DNA from: Callorhinchus milii
Taxonomy: Eukaryota
DNA length: 64,000 bases
Direction of reading: 5' to 3'
Assembly: GCF_018977255.1 (NCBI RefSeq)
Contig: NW_024704743.1
Location: 31,374,001-31,438,000, forward strand
In this document: positions 27,256-40,365 of the stretch, one piece after another
How positions within the stretch are numbered: position 1 is the stretch's first letter
Layout of the letters: every line of letters begins with the position of its first letter
Notes under the pieces: model-generated
The model's database searches: none
Told to the model about the DNA's origin: nothing
The model's input: the letters and a program-made list of their open reading frames with translations, nothing else
Made by a program: the position numbers and the translations under genes

Positions 27256-27630
27256 GTGTCAGCCTTGCTCAGTTGGTAGCTCTCTCGCCACTCTCAAAAT
27301 ACTACGGTGGGACTTTGAATTAACATTCTAGGCTGATAGCCAATATTGTACTGGACTGTTGGAGGTGACATTTTTCAGATGAGACATTGAATCGAAGTCT
27401 CGTTGGGCTGTTCAAGTGGATGTTAACAATCCCATGGTACTATTCGAAAAGAGAAGGGAGTTTCTCCCAATGTCCTGGCCAACAAATCCCACAGAGAACA
27501 TTGGTCATTCACTTCATAGCTTTTATCGTTCATTGCTGTGCGGAAATTGGCTGCAACATCCATCCTCTCAAATACAGTCAGCAATTCCAATGAAGCTTTC
27601 ACATTTCTCAACAATGCAAGGATTATTATG
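27256..27630 (+). mobile_element. DeuSINE-type SINE
   Basis: gtgtcagccttgctcagttggtagc head; ggaggtgacatttttcagatgagacattgaa..cccatggtactattcgaa. Further copies at about 9535-9895, 29965-30297, 33945-34217, 38470-38715 and 46630-46870 (all minus). Confidence 0.8.
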
Positions 27631-27834
27631 TATTACTATAATTCAACACATGTAGTTACTTCTCCCTCACTGATATTACACAAGAAAATTGAGGGTATTT
27701 GTATTCATCTCAGGATGTGGCAGATGTTGGCAGGACTAGTATTTATTGTCTCTTGAGATTTTTGTAAAATTTTCCTCAGGCTAAAACCACAAAGTAACGT
27801 ATCAAATTATCTGGTGAAGTGCAGAGTGAGGACA

Positions 27835-27980
27835 CCGAGAGCGATAGTGAGACAGACAGACAGACAGACAGACAGGGGGGAGAGTGGGAGAAGAATGAGA
27901 GGGTGGAGGGGGAGAAACAGAGAACGATGGATGGAGAGAGTGACAGAAAGAAAAAGTGGATGGAGAGACACAGAGACAGA

Positions 27981-28020
<40 letters not shown>

Positions 28021-28035
28021 AAGAGTGAGAAGAGG
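27835..28035. repeat. GA/GACA-rich microsatellite tract
   Basis: (gaca)n and (ga)n runs. Confidence 0.9.
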
Positions 28036-29054
28036 GGAGCAATTTACTCAAAAAACAGTAATTTGTATAAGTTTCAGTTTCATTTAGGAAAAAAGATACT
28101 TGTATTAATAAGATATTTACTCAAAATAAGTTCTAATAATATCGAAAATAGTTTCTAGCTTGCCTGTTAACATGCTAATACAAGCCGTTTGTCTTACAAG
28201 TGCAAACCAGCATCCGCCTATCGTTCTGCTGCCATCAGGTACATTGGAGAAATATTCAGGGCCTGTCTTCCCCTCCCCCCCACCCCATACATTTTCACTA
28301 AATGGATAGCCTATTTCTAGAGCAAATCTCCCACATAACTACATCTTTTGACCGTTTCTCCAACCTGTGGGAAGTTGTTACTAGCACCAATTACACAAAA
28401 CCCAGTACAGTTCTAATGTTTGCATTAATACAAGCGTCTCTGTTGCAACACACCTCAGTTTTGCGCAAGTGTACTGTTGAATCTGAATACTGCTGAATTC
28501 TTGGTTTGTCGGACCCTTGTACACTATCCGCAGTGAACTCTAACACCGCTTCACGAAGGAAACGACATTGGCGATAACCTGACAACCCAGAGTTGCTGAC
28601 CAGTGGCCATTTTTAGTGCACCTATTATAATGTAGAGTCTGAGTTTTAAGGACTCTAACCACCCCCTGATAACGGGATCAGCCTGTAAACCACAAAGCTG
28701 GAAGGGGGAAGTGCACATTTAACCAAAAGAAACTTCAAGAATAATCATTCTTCTATATCTATATTCTTTTGATATTCAAATATTTCATTTGTAATCATTG
28801 AAAACACTGCTTGGAAAAGTCCTTGAACCCATTATCACTGCTCCAGATTAATTTGCTACACACCTCGTGAATGTTAACGGAACCTTAATGTGTGCAAAAT
28901 AATATTAGTGTTTGCCTACAAAAAACATCATTGCACTGAATAGTAATTACTGTTATGTGATTCAAGATATTTCTATTTGATAAGATCTATAAAAAAATAC
29001 AAGTGTTTTCTTCTTTTCACCATATCATACCAAAAAAACTTCAATTTTATATAT

Positions 29055-29406
29055 TGCAAACTTCAAGCGAGAGGATCCAGGTTCAATTACCGGGCAGGCA
29101 AAGTCTTAGTCAAGTTTCCTTACTCCACACACCTCTGTTTACCTAGCAGTAAGTAGGAACCCAGTTGTTAGTCAATTGGCGCATCACCTTCCAGGGTAAT
29201 AGTCCCTCCCAAAAAAAGCAAATCAATAATAATAATTTGGTCACTCAATCCATGACGGTTTGTGGGACACTGCTGTATGCAATTGGCTGCTGACTTTCAC
29301 CCACAAAATACACAATTAATTCACTTCACAATTTTTTCTGTAAAGTATTTTGACATGTCCCAAAGATGTGATAAGGTACTGTATCAAATGCAAGGATTAT
29401 TATTAT
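29055..29406 (+). mobile_element. tRNA-headed SINE, long subfamily, head truncated
   Basis: B box, internal segment and tail. Confidence 0.85.
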
Positions 29407-31063
29407 AAGATGTGAAACAATAAAACAGTTGGGTCATAAAACAATTAAATAACCAGGCAATCAGAGTATACAGTAATAATCCTTGTATTTGATATATCAT
29501 CTCTTTGAGACGTCTCAAAGGGCTTTACATATAGCATAGAATCAGAAGACAACTACAGGAGCACAGCAATTCTAAAGAAAACTATTAAATTATTTATCAC
29601 GTCACTGTTTAAAATATTACAATCATAATTTTCTTTACAAATGCTCCTTAGCTGTCTACCAAATCATAATTTCTGTGCAAGTCAAGGTAAGTAGGGTAAG
29701 GTAGTGCAGGACACTGCTGCTATGATGCACAGAGTAGTCATGGAAGATTCACTACCATGATCTCAGCTGTACCATAACGGGTGGGGGGGAAGATTGCCTT
29801 AAGTAAGCCAGGTAGGTTTACACAGAAGGCAAAATTAAATCGGATAGCTAGTGAATTCAGGCACTAATCACACCACCCAAAGAAATATGACAAACCAGTA
29901 AACAGAGCAGGTTTTAAGTTTTCTGTGTAAGTTGCTAACTGGAAAAGAATACGTCCATGATGATAATAATCATTTTTGCATTTGCCTTTCACATCAGAAC
30001 ACCTCAAAATGCTTCACTTGATACACTGTAAAGTATAGTGACTGTGTTTTGTAGGCAAATGTACCATTCAATTTGCACACATGAATGCCCCATAAACAGA
30101 CAGGAACTGAATGACCAACTTTATCTGAAGGCTTGTTGGCCAGGACACTGGGAGAAATTCCCTTCTCTTTCGTGATGCTCTAGGATCAACATCCACCTAA
30201 GCAGGCTGACAGGACCTCAGTTTAATGACTTTTTCAAAGGACTGTACCTCCGACAATGCAGTGTTCCAGTGCTGCATTGGAGTGTCAGGCTAAACTACAA
30301 GAGCTCATAAATAGAAAATATGCTGACACGAAAAAAAAGCGTTACAACACTGACTGATGAGTATAAGTGGAGCTAAGCAAACCACTCTTCGCTGCCCGAC
30401 TTTGTAGAGTTCTCCATCTAGTGGCTTGGCTCAGAATTAAACATTTATCCAATTGAGGCAAACAACTTCACATTTAACCATACAGTATCAGGCTTTTGAT
30501 CTCCTTGGGAGTCAGTGGCTGAACTGTTGGAGCTACCCAAACAAACATTAATTTTTCACTTACCTTAACAAAACGTAACAATACTTAACTGTTCAAAATT
30601 CTGCTACCTGAAATTTTTCTAAGTTTCTATTCACCAGTTTCATGCAGATTTTTTGAGAGAAATGTGAGCATTTGGATACACTATATTCTTACTCACTCCA
30701 AAGGGGAACACACAATAAAAAATTGTGCTGCTCAAACTGGACAGAATACTATCTAAGATAACACGTGGATCCCGCCCAGGTGGGTAGGCCTGGCACTATC
30801 ATACCTGAATACAGACATGGCTGCCACACCACAAATGAGAGATGATCTCACAAGGACTTTAATACATAATATAAATAGGCATTTTGTATGTACAGTTTAA
30901 GTCCCTTGTATTGCTTATACCATGAATATAAATTGTATTCATAAAAAAACTGGATACCTGGCTATGGAATCACAGAATACTATCATTCTGTGCCATCTAG
31001 CCAAACACATTTCCCTGCTTATTCTCATCATCTTTTATATAGAACACGTGACTGCACTATTAC

Positions 31064-31176
31064 CTGTGATTTTGTATCCAAAGGCAGCCAGTTGACCAGC
31101 CATATATTCTCCATCTGAATTGTTATGTGAACAGCCCCAAGTCTTCACCCAGATCTTCTGTGTACCAGGGATAACA
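31064..31176 (-). CDS. CDKAL1: CDKAL1 second coding exon (start of MTTase N-terminal domain)
   Basis: ttgcag| ... |gtaata; 113 nt; phase-compatible; [38 protein letters not shown] with the [10 protein letters not shown] motif. Confidence 0.97.
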
Positions 31177-31911
31177 CTGCAACAAGTATGTACATGAAAG
31201 TAAGAATTAAGAACACAATTTAAAACTATTTTAATAATGCAGGCCATTTTCTACCAACCTTACAAGTTTTATCTTTGATTCATAATAGTAGCAAATAGTG
31301 AATCTGTACAATAATAATCACAATGATATGAAGTGAGCACATTCCATTTTAAAGTTACACTATAAGTGGATTGATTTAGGTAATACAGTATTATCTCCCA
31401 AATTTAAAAATATTGTTTTTCCTCTTAAAAACAATCAGCCATGCCACACAGTATTATGTGCCTCTGAAGATGCACTGGTCAGTTCTGCTCCCAAGTTCTA
31501 TCCAGTTGGTTCCCAAGAGAATTTCATGTCAATTTCCTCTCTAGCCCTCGAATAAAGTACATTGCCTCTATTCCGCATCTTAAGCAGAACCGTCAAGACA
31601 ACAACATTACTGTAGTAAAATTTATGAGGGAACTCCTTTTCATAAAATGTGTCCGAGTATGTTTGTTCACAAAATACACAGACACACTACTTTACAGAAT
31701 ATCCTGTGAAGTGCTTTGTGATGGCTCAACAATGTGATTAAGGTGCTATATGAATTACAAGCATTATTATTAACAGAATGCAATCTTGAAACTTAACCAG
31801 TTTGAATTCTATATCTTGAAACCACATCACTGAAGGATTACAATTTTCAAACAGAATTTTGTTTTTAAAAAAAAACACAATAGTTGTGAATTCTATGAAA
31901 AATAACCAAAA

Positions 31912-32290
31912 GTGACCTTTGTGTTCAAATCCCTTCACTCTCTGGCACCTTCCTACTTCTCCGGCCTCCTCATTCCCCAATCCACCGCCTCCGATCAACT
32001 GGCACCGGCCTCCTGCTCATCCCTCGCACTTTCCGCCCCACCATCAGAGATTGCGCTTTCAGCTACTACACCCGAAACTCTGGAACACTCTCCCTCAATC
32101 CCTCCAACTTGCCCCCTTTCTCCCCTTTTTCAAGTCCCATCTGAAAACCATCCTCTTCGACCGTGCTTACAGCCACCTCCCCAACCCCCCATCCCTCCCC
32201 ATCTCGTAGTCAGGCTCCGCCACTGTTAAGTGCTCTGAGATGCTACCCTGCATGCAGGGCACCATATAAGTACATGTTGTAGTTGTTGTT
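31912..32290 (+). mobile_element. L2 LINE 3' fragment
   Basis: TFVFKSLHSLAPSY..KLWNTLPQSL..FKSHLKTILFDRAY, then a gttgtt tail. Confidence 0.85.
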
Positions 32291-33348
32291 CTAAAGGATC
32301 CTCTGAAAAAAATTCTGCAACAAAATAACAGGTTTAAAAAAACAGGTTCTGTAGTACAAACTTGACCAAAGGAAGTTCAGAACTTTACCCTAAAACAGGT
32401 AAATTAGAAGACATTAAATTGAGCATTGGATGAATCAGCTTCCACTTTAATGCAGAGATTGAATTAGTCAATGAAATGCTAACCCAGGGGCATTAATCCA
32501 TTTATATTCTTGGGTTCTTCTGCGATTTGTTAACATTGTAAAAATGGCACTGCTAACAGACAAATGATGCGCCATAAACAGCCACTTTGCAGCTTCCTGG
32601 TCATTTAATGCTATTAATGCTTCATATTTCCAATGTATTTATAAATGTGGTGGGTACATGTACACATAAAACCATTTAAGCCTTTGCCATTGACCTCCCC
32701 AGCATTTATACACATTCCCATCAAGCCCAGGGATCAGGGTGGGCATCTCATGACCCAGAAATTGGGCATTTTCTTTCACAAGAAGCAAAGCCACTTTCTG
32801 TGCACGTCCACAGTGAATGCAGCCCGTTACAAAGTGTTGGTTGGAACGAACCACAAATTTTATGAACCACAAATTACTGTGTTTTGACAGAGCCATAATG
32901 CATTGTGAATCAGCACTTCCACGTACAACAGCTTATTTTTTAAAAATCAACTGGCAACAACAACAACTTGCATTTATATTGCGCCCTTTATGCAGGGTAG
33001 AGTCCCGGACCTTATACGCTGGAGGTTTTATATGAGGATGAGACACTACTCATCTCTGCTGCAATCTAGCTTATTGATGCAACAAAAGGAATATATTGTG
33101 AGACAAATGCTTCAATAATCATCTTTTAAAAAAAATAAGTGGAGACTAACATAATAATAATAATCCTTGCATTTGATATAATGCCATTGAGACATCTCAA
33201 GGCGCTTCACAGAATATCCTGTAAAGTGTTGTGACTGTGCATTTTGTGGACAAAACAGTATAACATAACTGTTAAGAATATCAATGTGAAGTTTCACCAT
33301 TTCACCAAACCTTACAGGTTTTGACAAAAATGGAGCAAAGAAACTCAC

Positions 33349-33509
33349 CTATCAGCTTGGAGATCTTCCTCATCCTGTTTGTGCTTATTTCTTTTCCTGG
33401 CACGAGGAACAACACTCTTCTTTGCAAAGTGTCGATCATTAGGTGTGATATCTTGTGCTGACACAATATCTTCAATATCTTCCACTAATGAATCACAAGC
33501 AGCCGGCAT
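33349..33509 (-). CDS. CDKAL1: CDKAL1 first coding exon (tRNA ms2t6A methylthiotransferase)
   Basis: ttttgcag|atc ATG (exon starts 33512); [53 protein letters not shown]; |gtgagt donor; resembles the CDKAL1 N-terminus (CDTLLDDIEDIVS..DRHF). Confidence 0.94.
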
Positions 33510-35849
33510 GATCTGCAAAATTACAGGAGCAATTTATTTCCTCAATGAAAGAAAACACTGCAAGGGGATTTTCATGCTATAGATATATAGATCCAACCCT
33601 TTTTTTCCCGTTCATTCATAAATGTTAAACCTTTCCAAATGACCAAGACCCACTGTAGAATTGAATTAAACTCTACAAAGTGCATTCAGTATTATGGAAC
33701 GTATAACACTTGCATTTAATATAGCGCCTTATCAATGTATAACTTAAGATAAGATAAAGGGCATTGTCATGATGGAACTATTTTCCTAAGTTGTACCAAA
33801 GCCAAAATATACTTTTTCCATCACTGAATAAGGATGTCAAGCTAAACAGAACAGTGGGATGACATTCACTATACCATTCAACTAAATCTCATTCATCCTG
33901 CTGCAGCAAAGCACAGAACGGAAGCCAAACACAAAAAGGCAAAAAGTGAATGACCGGTTTCATGTGGGGTTTTTTAGCCAGAACACTGAAAGAACTCCCT
34001 ACATTTTGAGAAGTGCCATGGGATATTTAGCAGCTCTGAACAGGAAGACAGGATCTCAGTTTAACAATTCATCTGAGTGATAGCACCTCCAACAATACAG
34101 GACATCCCAAGCACTATACTGAAGTGTCAGCTTTCAGCTCAATGTCCCGATGTAGGGCTGGAACCTACAACTTTCTGCTTCAGAGACAAAAGTGCTACCA
34201 ACTGAGCCAGACTGACATCTCATTGATAATGCTACTATCTATTTTGTAGCATTGTAAGAGTATACTACAGGCTTGTGGCACATGAAATCCTTCTTTGAAT
34301 CCCTTCTGGCTGTTTCTTTTTTGTTGTTGCATAGACTCCAGTCTATAATAATAATCCTTGCATTTGATACAGCACCTCATACATCTTCGAGACGTCTCAA
34401 AGCGCTTCACAGAATATACTGTCCAGTGAATTGACTGTATATTTTTGTGGGCGAAAACATCTATTTTAAAACAAAATATATGAAATAAAAATGCCTACCC
34501 TTTAAACTGGTTCCAATAATTTTACATTATTGATATTCGTTCAATAGGTATGCAAACTCTGGGACAGTTTTGCCACGCTTTTGAAACACAAGTATTGCAC
34601 AACATTTGCCTGCAAAATCTCATTAGTACTAACCGATACTTCCATGATAATAATCGGAGACTAATAAATGTTTCCCATCTGGAAGTCCTAAATCTACCAA
34701 AATTATTAAGTAGCTCTACAGCAACTTCAATATTCCTTAAGAATAATAAGTGCAACACAAAAATTAGATAAATTAATATTCTCTTCAGTGAATACTTCGA
34801 GCAATTATTCATTTACGAGATCACTTTTTTTTAAAAAGCGATTTTTTCAAAGTCACTGCCACTTTTACCTTTTAGAATTCCAAGCTCTGCTCTTTTATAC
34901 AGTCGCATGATACTGGAAGAAATTTAGCTTAGTCCCTACTGTCATGTCCAGGGACCTCTTGCACTTTCAATATATTTTAATCCATTTTAGTAAATTGTTA
35001 TACTCCTCTCAGAGTTCTCTCTAATTTCCCTATAGCTTTTGTATAATTTGCTTTTCTCATTTATTACCATTTTAATTCACTTATTCATCTACTTGTTAAT
35101 TTGTTTATTTTACATGATTATTTAACTTGCATTTATTTTTCCTGCGCGCTCAACCATTTTCTTTAAAAAGTGAAATTCTCTCATAAATTAAATACCTTTC
35201 AGAAAGTCCTATCACTTTGTGGCATTTTCAGCACATGCAAAAGCAACATGAAAGCTATGATAAGCTTCATCAAAATATTGTTCAATGTATATAAATACGC
35301 AAACGCATATGTGCAATATTCACCAGCAAGAATAATAAAACAATTCTGCCTAATAGTGAGAAAGATGCAGCTTTTATTGTAAGATACAACACCTAAATTC
35401 ACCTTATTCTCTGCTTTCAAAACATATCTGAAGGCCTCTCTATGTTTGACCTCCCCTGTGCTGAGTCAACTAAACTCAGGCAGAGTCAGACTCAGTACCC
35501 GGGCTAAAAAGTGATAATCAAACAAGGTTCCTCATCTCCACTTGTTACAAACTTACATAAAAAAATAAAAACACAATTCATAAGAATAACTGTTGTGCCT
35601 GAGATCTAAAATTATTGTCATGTTTATATTACCAACCAAGCATTGTCCAAAACAAGGGAATAATAATAATAATAATCCTTGCATTTGATATAGCGCTTTT
35701 CACGTCGGGAGGACGTCCCAAAGCGCTTCACAGAACACACTGTAAAGTGAATCACACCTAATCCTTGAATCGACGTGTTCCTAATCTCAGCTATGAAACT
35801 GTGGATAATTACAAACAAAAAAACGGGTGTCTTTTCTTAAAGAAGGGAT

Positions 35850-36025
35850 CCCTCCGCCTTGCCCCTTGCTTCCCCATTTTCAGGGCGCGCCCGAAGACCT
35901 TCCTATTCGACCGTGCCTACGGTCACCTCCCCCTCCCACCCCGGCTCAGTGTCGTGCTCCGTCATGTCACGCGGCTATGAGATGGTACCCTGCGCGAGGG
36001 GCGCTATATACACGCAAGTTGTTGT
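35850..36025 (+). mobile_element. L2 3' end with retained CpGs
   Basis: PKTFLFDRAYGHL followed by the L2 tail. Similar short L2 ends occur at 8820-9053, 26600-26700, 43240-43400, 52527-52630 and 61250-61390. Confidence 0.8.
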
Positions 36026-36914
36026 CGGATGTGGAAGAAAAAGACAATGGTTTTCATCAATAGTGATCACAATATAGGCAGTATTCTCAGTGCTGTCATT
36101 TTTTNCTCTAGATTTGGGAGAGGGAGAAAAATTGGCGCCGGGGAGGGGGTTTGGGAGCGGGTTTCTGCTCCCCCGTCTGGGACTGTACATCATTGGTCTG
36201 GACAACAACCCTGACCCTAGTTAGAAATATGTGTCGTGTGAAGGATGACTCCTTGGGCAAAATATTTCAGCTGCCAAACTCCAGCACAGCTTCTCACCCT
36301 TGAGTAAGAAGTGGGGGGCTGGGGGTGGGGGTGGGGAGTGAAAAGTATCTATTTACGAGTTTTGTTTGTTTACGTTTCACAAATACTGCAGAAATAAGAC
36401 AAACGTTTCAATATCTATGTTTGAAAATCCATCGTAAATAATTTCACTCAACTGCCACCATCACCCGAAAATGTAACTCTCCCTACGTTCTGTACAGTAA
36501 GACGCCTGCTTACCCAAAACAATTCAAGAAACACTCATTTGTACAATAATAATACTTGCATTTGATATAGCGTCTTAGCACAGCTTCAAGACGTCACAAA
36601 GCGCTTTACAAATTATACTGTGAAGTTAATTGACTGTATAAATAAGCAATTCAGATAACTGACCTCATACCTCAGTATCTTTAACCCTGCGTGGAGGGTG
36701 ATACACAAAAAAAAGCTGTTGTAATCTCAGAAGCACTTTACAATATTAATTTAGCACAACAACAAATAATATAAATTATTTATACTTGTTACACCGAGGG
36801 AATGCTGTGAGTGTCCACACGTGTTGGTCAATCAGTCAATTGAAATAACTGATGATCCCTGGGAACAACATCCAGCTTTCAATCAAAATGTTCAGGTATG
36901 CACAGTAAGCTTAC

Positions 36915-37320
36915 TATCTTTCTGTCTGTCTCAAGCTTTTTCAACGCTGATTTTCTTTTCAAATGTGAAAGAACGTCTGCACTGAAACTTGTAAATTAGG
37001 ATAGAAAGTACAAAAGAAGAATGAAAACAACTTCTTTCTTTGATCGGCTTGGGTGTATGACTATGCTTAAGAATATCAAAACCATACATGCGATACTTTG
37101 TCACTGGAGCCTGTAAGTGCACGTGCAGCGACAGGTCAACACAACGTCTCCCCCGATTCAATGCGCATGTGCCGGCAAGCATTTGAATTACATTGAATGG
37201 TGGGAAAGGAAATTCTCCTGCACATGCAGGGATAGATCAAGACCATGTTTCCTGCTGGCAAATGCGCATTCATCGACGGTTCAGGACGTCATTTCCCAAG
37301 AATCAATGCAGCCGAGAAGT
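36915..37320 (-). promoter_or_regulatory. Candidate CDKAL1 promoter and non-coding first exon
   Basis: Local CpG retention; three ZNF143/SBS-like motifs (37148-37166, 37190-37207 reverse, 37292-37309); NRF1-like tgcgcatgtgc at 37162; minus-strand GTAAGC donor at 36914; the ATG exon has an acceptor so an upstream exon is required. Confidence 0.5.
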
Positions 37321-39104
37321 GCAGGAGTGCTGGAGGATAGGGGAGCGGTGTTACGAATTAGGAGAAGACAAATATGACGAGTACAAAGAAATCTAAGTGG
37401 TTTTGATAGGAAACTGAATGGGACTTGGGTGCATGTACGATTTAGGAAATTATACGATTTATAAAGATAAGACTTATGCGAGTTTTGCTGTACTGCCAAC
37501 GGTCCAGCTGGCTGGTCTGTCATCAGCAGTGTCTTGGGAGTATTACAGGCTTGTATGGCTCACGAACCAGTCAACCGAGACCGCCACCGAGAATTAATTC
37601 AATTACTGGAAGGATCCCTTATCTCTGCACTTCCTTATTCCAGTATTGTGGCTGCACATACAACCTTAGAGTCAGCTCAGTCCCAAGAAGATCCTGCTTA
37701 CCACCTCCTCCCCCCGCAAGAAGCAATCAGTGGAGGGAAAGGGAAAAGCAGAGTTGCAAAAGTACAATTCAAACTGGTAATAAACTGATGGCAGCTGCAC
37801 ATTTCCAAAGCATTGCAAGAGTTCCTTAAAATTTAAAAAAAATAAAACTGTGAGGTAGTTATAAACTACTTTATCAGTTATTTAGAATTTTCTTCCAACA
37901 TTGCTATTTTGGTTGAAATCCCCATAAAACACAAGTTACATTTATATAGCGCCTTTCACATTGGGAAGATATCTCAAAGCGCTTGACACTGCTGGCTGGG
38001 TATAATAATAAGAATCCTTGCATTTGATACAGCGCCTCATCACGTCTTCGAGACGTCTCAAAGCGCTTCACAGAATAAAGTGAATTGACTGTATATTTTG
38101 TGGGCGAATATACAATATACAAGCTGAGAAGAACTCTGGGATGGAGTTCCAGAGAGCGGGGACAGAATGGCTTAACATTTGTTACTCCTTGTCCCCTACC
38201 CTAGCTACCCCAACGATAATGGGTCGGTGACAAGGAGTAACACTAAAATGCCTTCATAGATCATTGCTGTATTCAAATTACCTGCCGTGTTCACCTACAA
38301 GTACAGTCAATACATTGTGCAGTAAATTCTGGAAGTGCTTTAAGACATTTCAACAAATTGATTAGGTACTATATGAAATGCAATGATGATTATTATTATT
38401 ATATACTCAATGATTGTACAGTGCCCAATTTGATAAGGAGACTTCTGCAACTTTGTTGTTCAACATAATAAAAAATAATAATCCTGTATTTCGCCTTTCA
38501 AGTCACGAGGATGCCCCAAAGCACTTCAACAGGATATTGATGTATTGTAAAGTGTAGTGACGGACTCTTTTCTTTTTGTGGGCGAACACAGCAGGCAATT
38601 TGTACATTGCAATGTCCCAAAAATCACCATGAAGTGAATGACCAATTTTAATTGGGGGATTGCCTGCTTGGACACTGAGAGAAACTCCCTTCTCTCTTCC
38701 AATACTGCCATGTATTGGAACATAAGAAATGCTAGACCACAAAAGACCATGGTCCATCTAGTTCACTGCCACCTTCCTGGCGGTCACATTACCGCCATGT
38801 AATCCTTAATGTCCACCTAAACATCTTAAACCAAATACTGTTGAGTGGAGCAGTCTTTCTGCCAGTAAAGTAAAAGTTTCTGGATTGTCCTGGCCAACAA
38901 TCACCCAAACAAAATTAGTCAATCACTCCACGTCTCTTTGTGGGACACTGCTGAGTGCATCCAGCCTGCTGTGTTTCACCCAAAAAATTCAGTCAATCCA
39001 TTTTACAGTAAATCTTGTGAAGCGCATTGAGACGTTTCAACGACGTGATAAGGCGCTGTGTTATTATTACCTGAAAAAACAAGCGAAGGGTGGGAGTACA
39101 ACAA

Positions 39105-39585
39105 AACAAAATTACATTTATTGAGCGCCTTTCACGTCGGGAGGACATCCCAAGGTGCTGGACCGTCAAGGGTCAGGACCTGAGCATTGGGGAGGGGTGG
39201 GGTAGAGGTGAGGGAAGGCAGAGAGGTGGGAGGGCGACCAAAGGCACGGTCGAAGAGAAGGGTCTTCAGACCGGCCTTGAAGGAGGCAAGGAAGGAAGCG
39301 AGGTGAAGGGACCATGGGATGGAGTTCCAGAGTGTGGGGGAGAGAGGCTGAACGCCCGGCCACCGACGGTAGGGTGGGTCGGGTGGGAGACATGGAGCAG
39401 GCCGGAGACCGCTGAACGGAGGAAGCGGGCAGGTTGGTAGGGAGTCAGCAGGTCAGAGAGGTAGGAGGGGACAAGGCCATGGATGGCTTAAAGGTGAAGA
39501 CGAGGATCTTGAGTTCGATCGTCTGGGGGATGGGGAGCCAGTGGAGTCGGGCGAGGGTGGGAGTGATGGGGTCACGGAGCCTCGT
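39105..39585 (-). mobile_element. L2 LINE 3' fragment
   Basis: TPTLARLHWLPIPQTIELKILVFTFK; same 3' stem-loop tail as the 18.6 kb copy. Confidence 0.9.
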
Positions 39586-39721
39586 ACAAAGATGCAGCGT
39601 CATTTGCCCCATAATAATTGAATTATTAGAAGCTTCAGCGCAACCTTTTACGGAGGGAGCTTCTTGTTGTTGACTGGTGTTAGGGGGAAGGGAAAACACA
39701 ACAACCAGAAACAATAATTAT

Positions 39722-40026
39722 GGAGACCTGTAGCTCAGCAGTTAGAGCACTCGCCTTGCAAGTGAGACACCTGGGTTCAATTCCAGGCAGGGCGCAACCT
39801 TGGGCAAGTTTCCTTACTCCACACACCTGATAATAATCCCTCCAAAAAACAAAATCGGTCATTTTCAATCCACGACTGTTTGTGGGACACTGCTGTGAGC
39901 AATTGGCTGCCGCATTTCGCCCACAAATATACAGTCAATTCACTTTACAGCATATTCTGTGAAGAGTTTTGAGACGTCGAGAAGACGTGAAAAGCGCTGT
40001 ATCAAATGCAAGGATTATTATTATTA
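39722..40026 (+). mobile_element. tRNA-headed SINE, short subfamily
   Basis: Nearly identical to 13151-13466. Confidence 0.92.
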
Positions 40027-40127
40027 TATTATTATAAACAAACAATCAAACAACAAGACATTCCACTTTACAGCACATCAATATCCAATTAATGTCGAAA
40101 GCAGCAGAGGGGGGGGGGGGGGGGGGG

Positions 40128-40365
40128 CGAGGAGAAATGTTTTCACGCAGCGAGTTGTTGGGATGTGGGAACGCATTGCCTGGAAGGCTGAAGGAAGCCG
40201 ATTCAATAACAGCTTTCAAGAGGATAGCTATCTGGGGTGGACGACGTTTACGAAGCTTTAGGGAGAGCGCGGGATGGGGGGGGGGGGCGGGTATTGATTG
40301 GGACACCCCTTCCAAAGAACCGAGCCGGGGTGGGGGGGGGGGGGAACGGCCTCCTGCCGCGCCGC
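40128..40365 (+). mobile_element. CR1-clade LINE 3' end
   Basis: RRNVFTQRVVGMW(fs)NALPGRLKEADSITAFKR, typical of the CR1 ORF2 C-terminus. Other CR1-like tails lie at about 17580-17700, 38717-38790, 51120-51200 and 62320-62533. Confidence 0.8.

Noticed and set aside
27776..28158. ER/SL-rich ORFs
   Set aside because: Translation of a GA microsatellite.
28440..28620. CpG-containing unique patch with short ORFs
   Set aside because: No homology, repeat structure or splice signals that I could support.
1..31063. Next CDKAL1 exon (expected ..DLWLLNSCTVKNPAEDHF..)
   Set aside because: Not found by eye; it probably lies left of the window. TBLASTN would confirm.
37117..37829. Cluster of short plus-strand ORFs
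   Set aside because: No recognisable domain or exon structure; better explained as promoter-proximal sequence.
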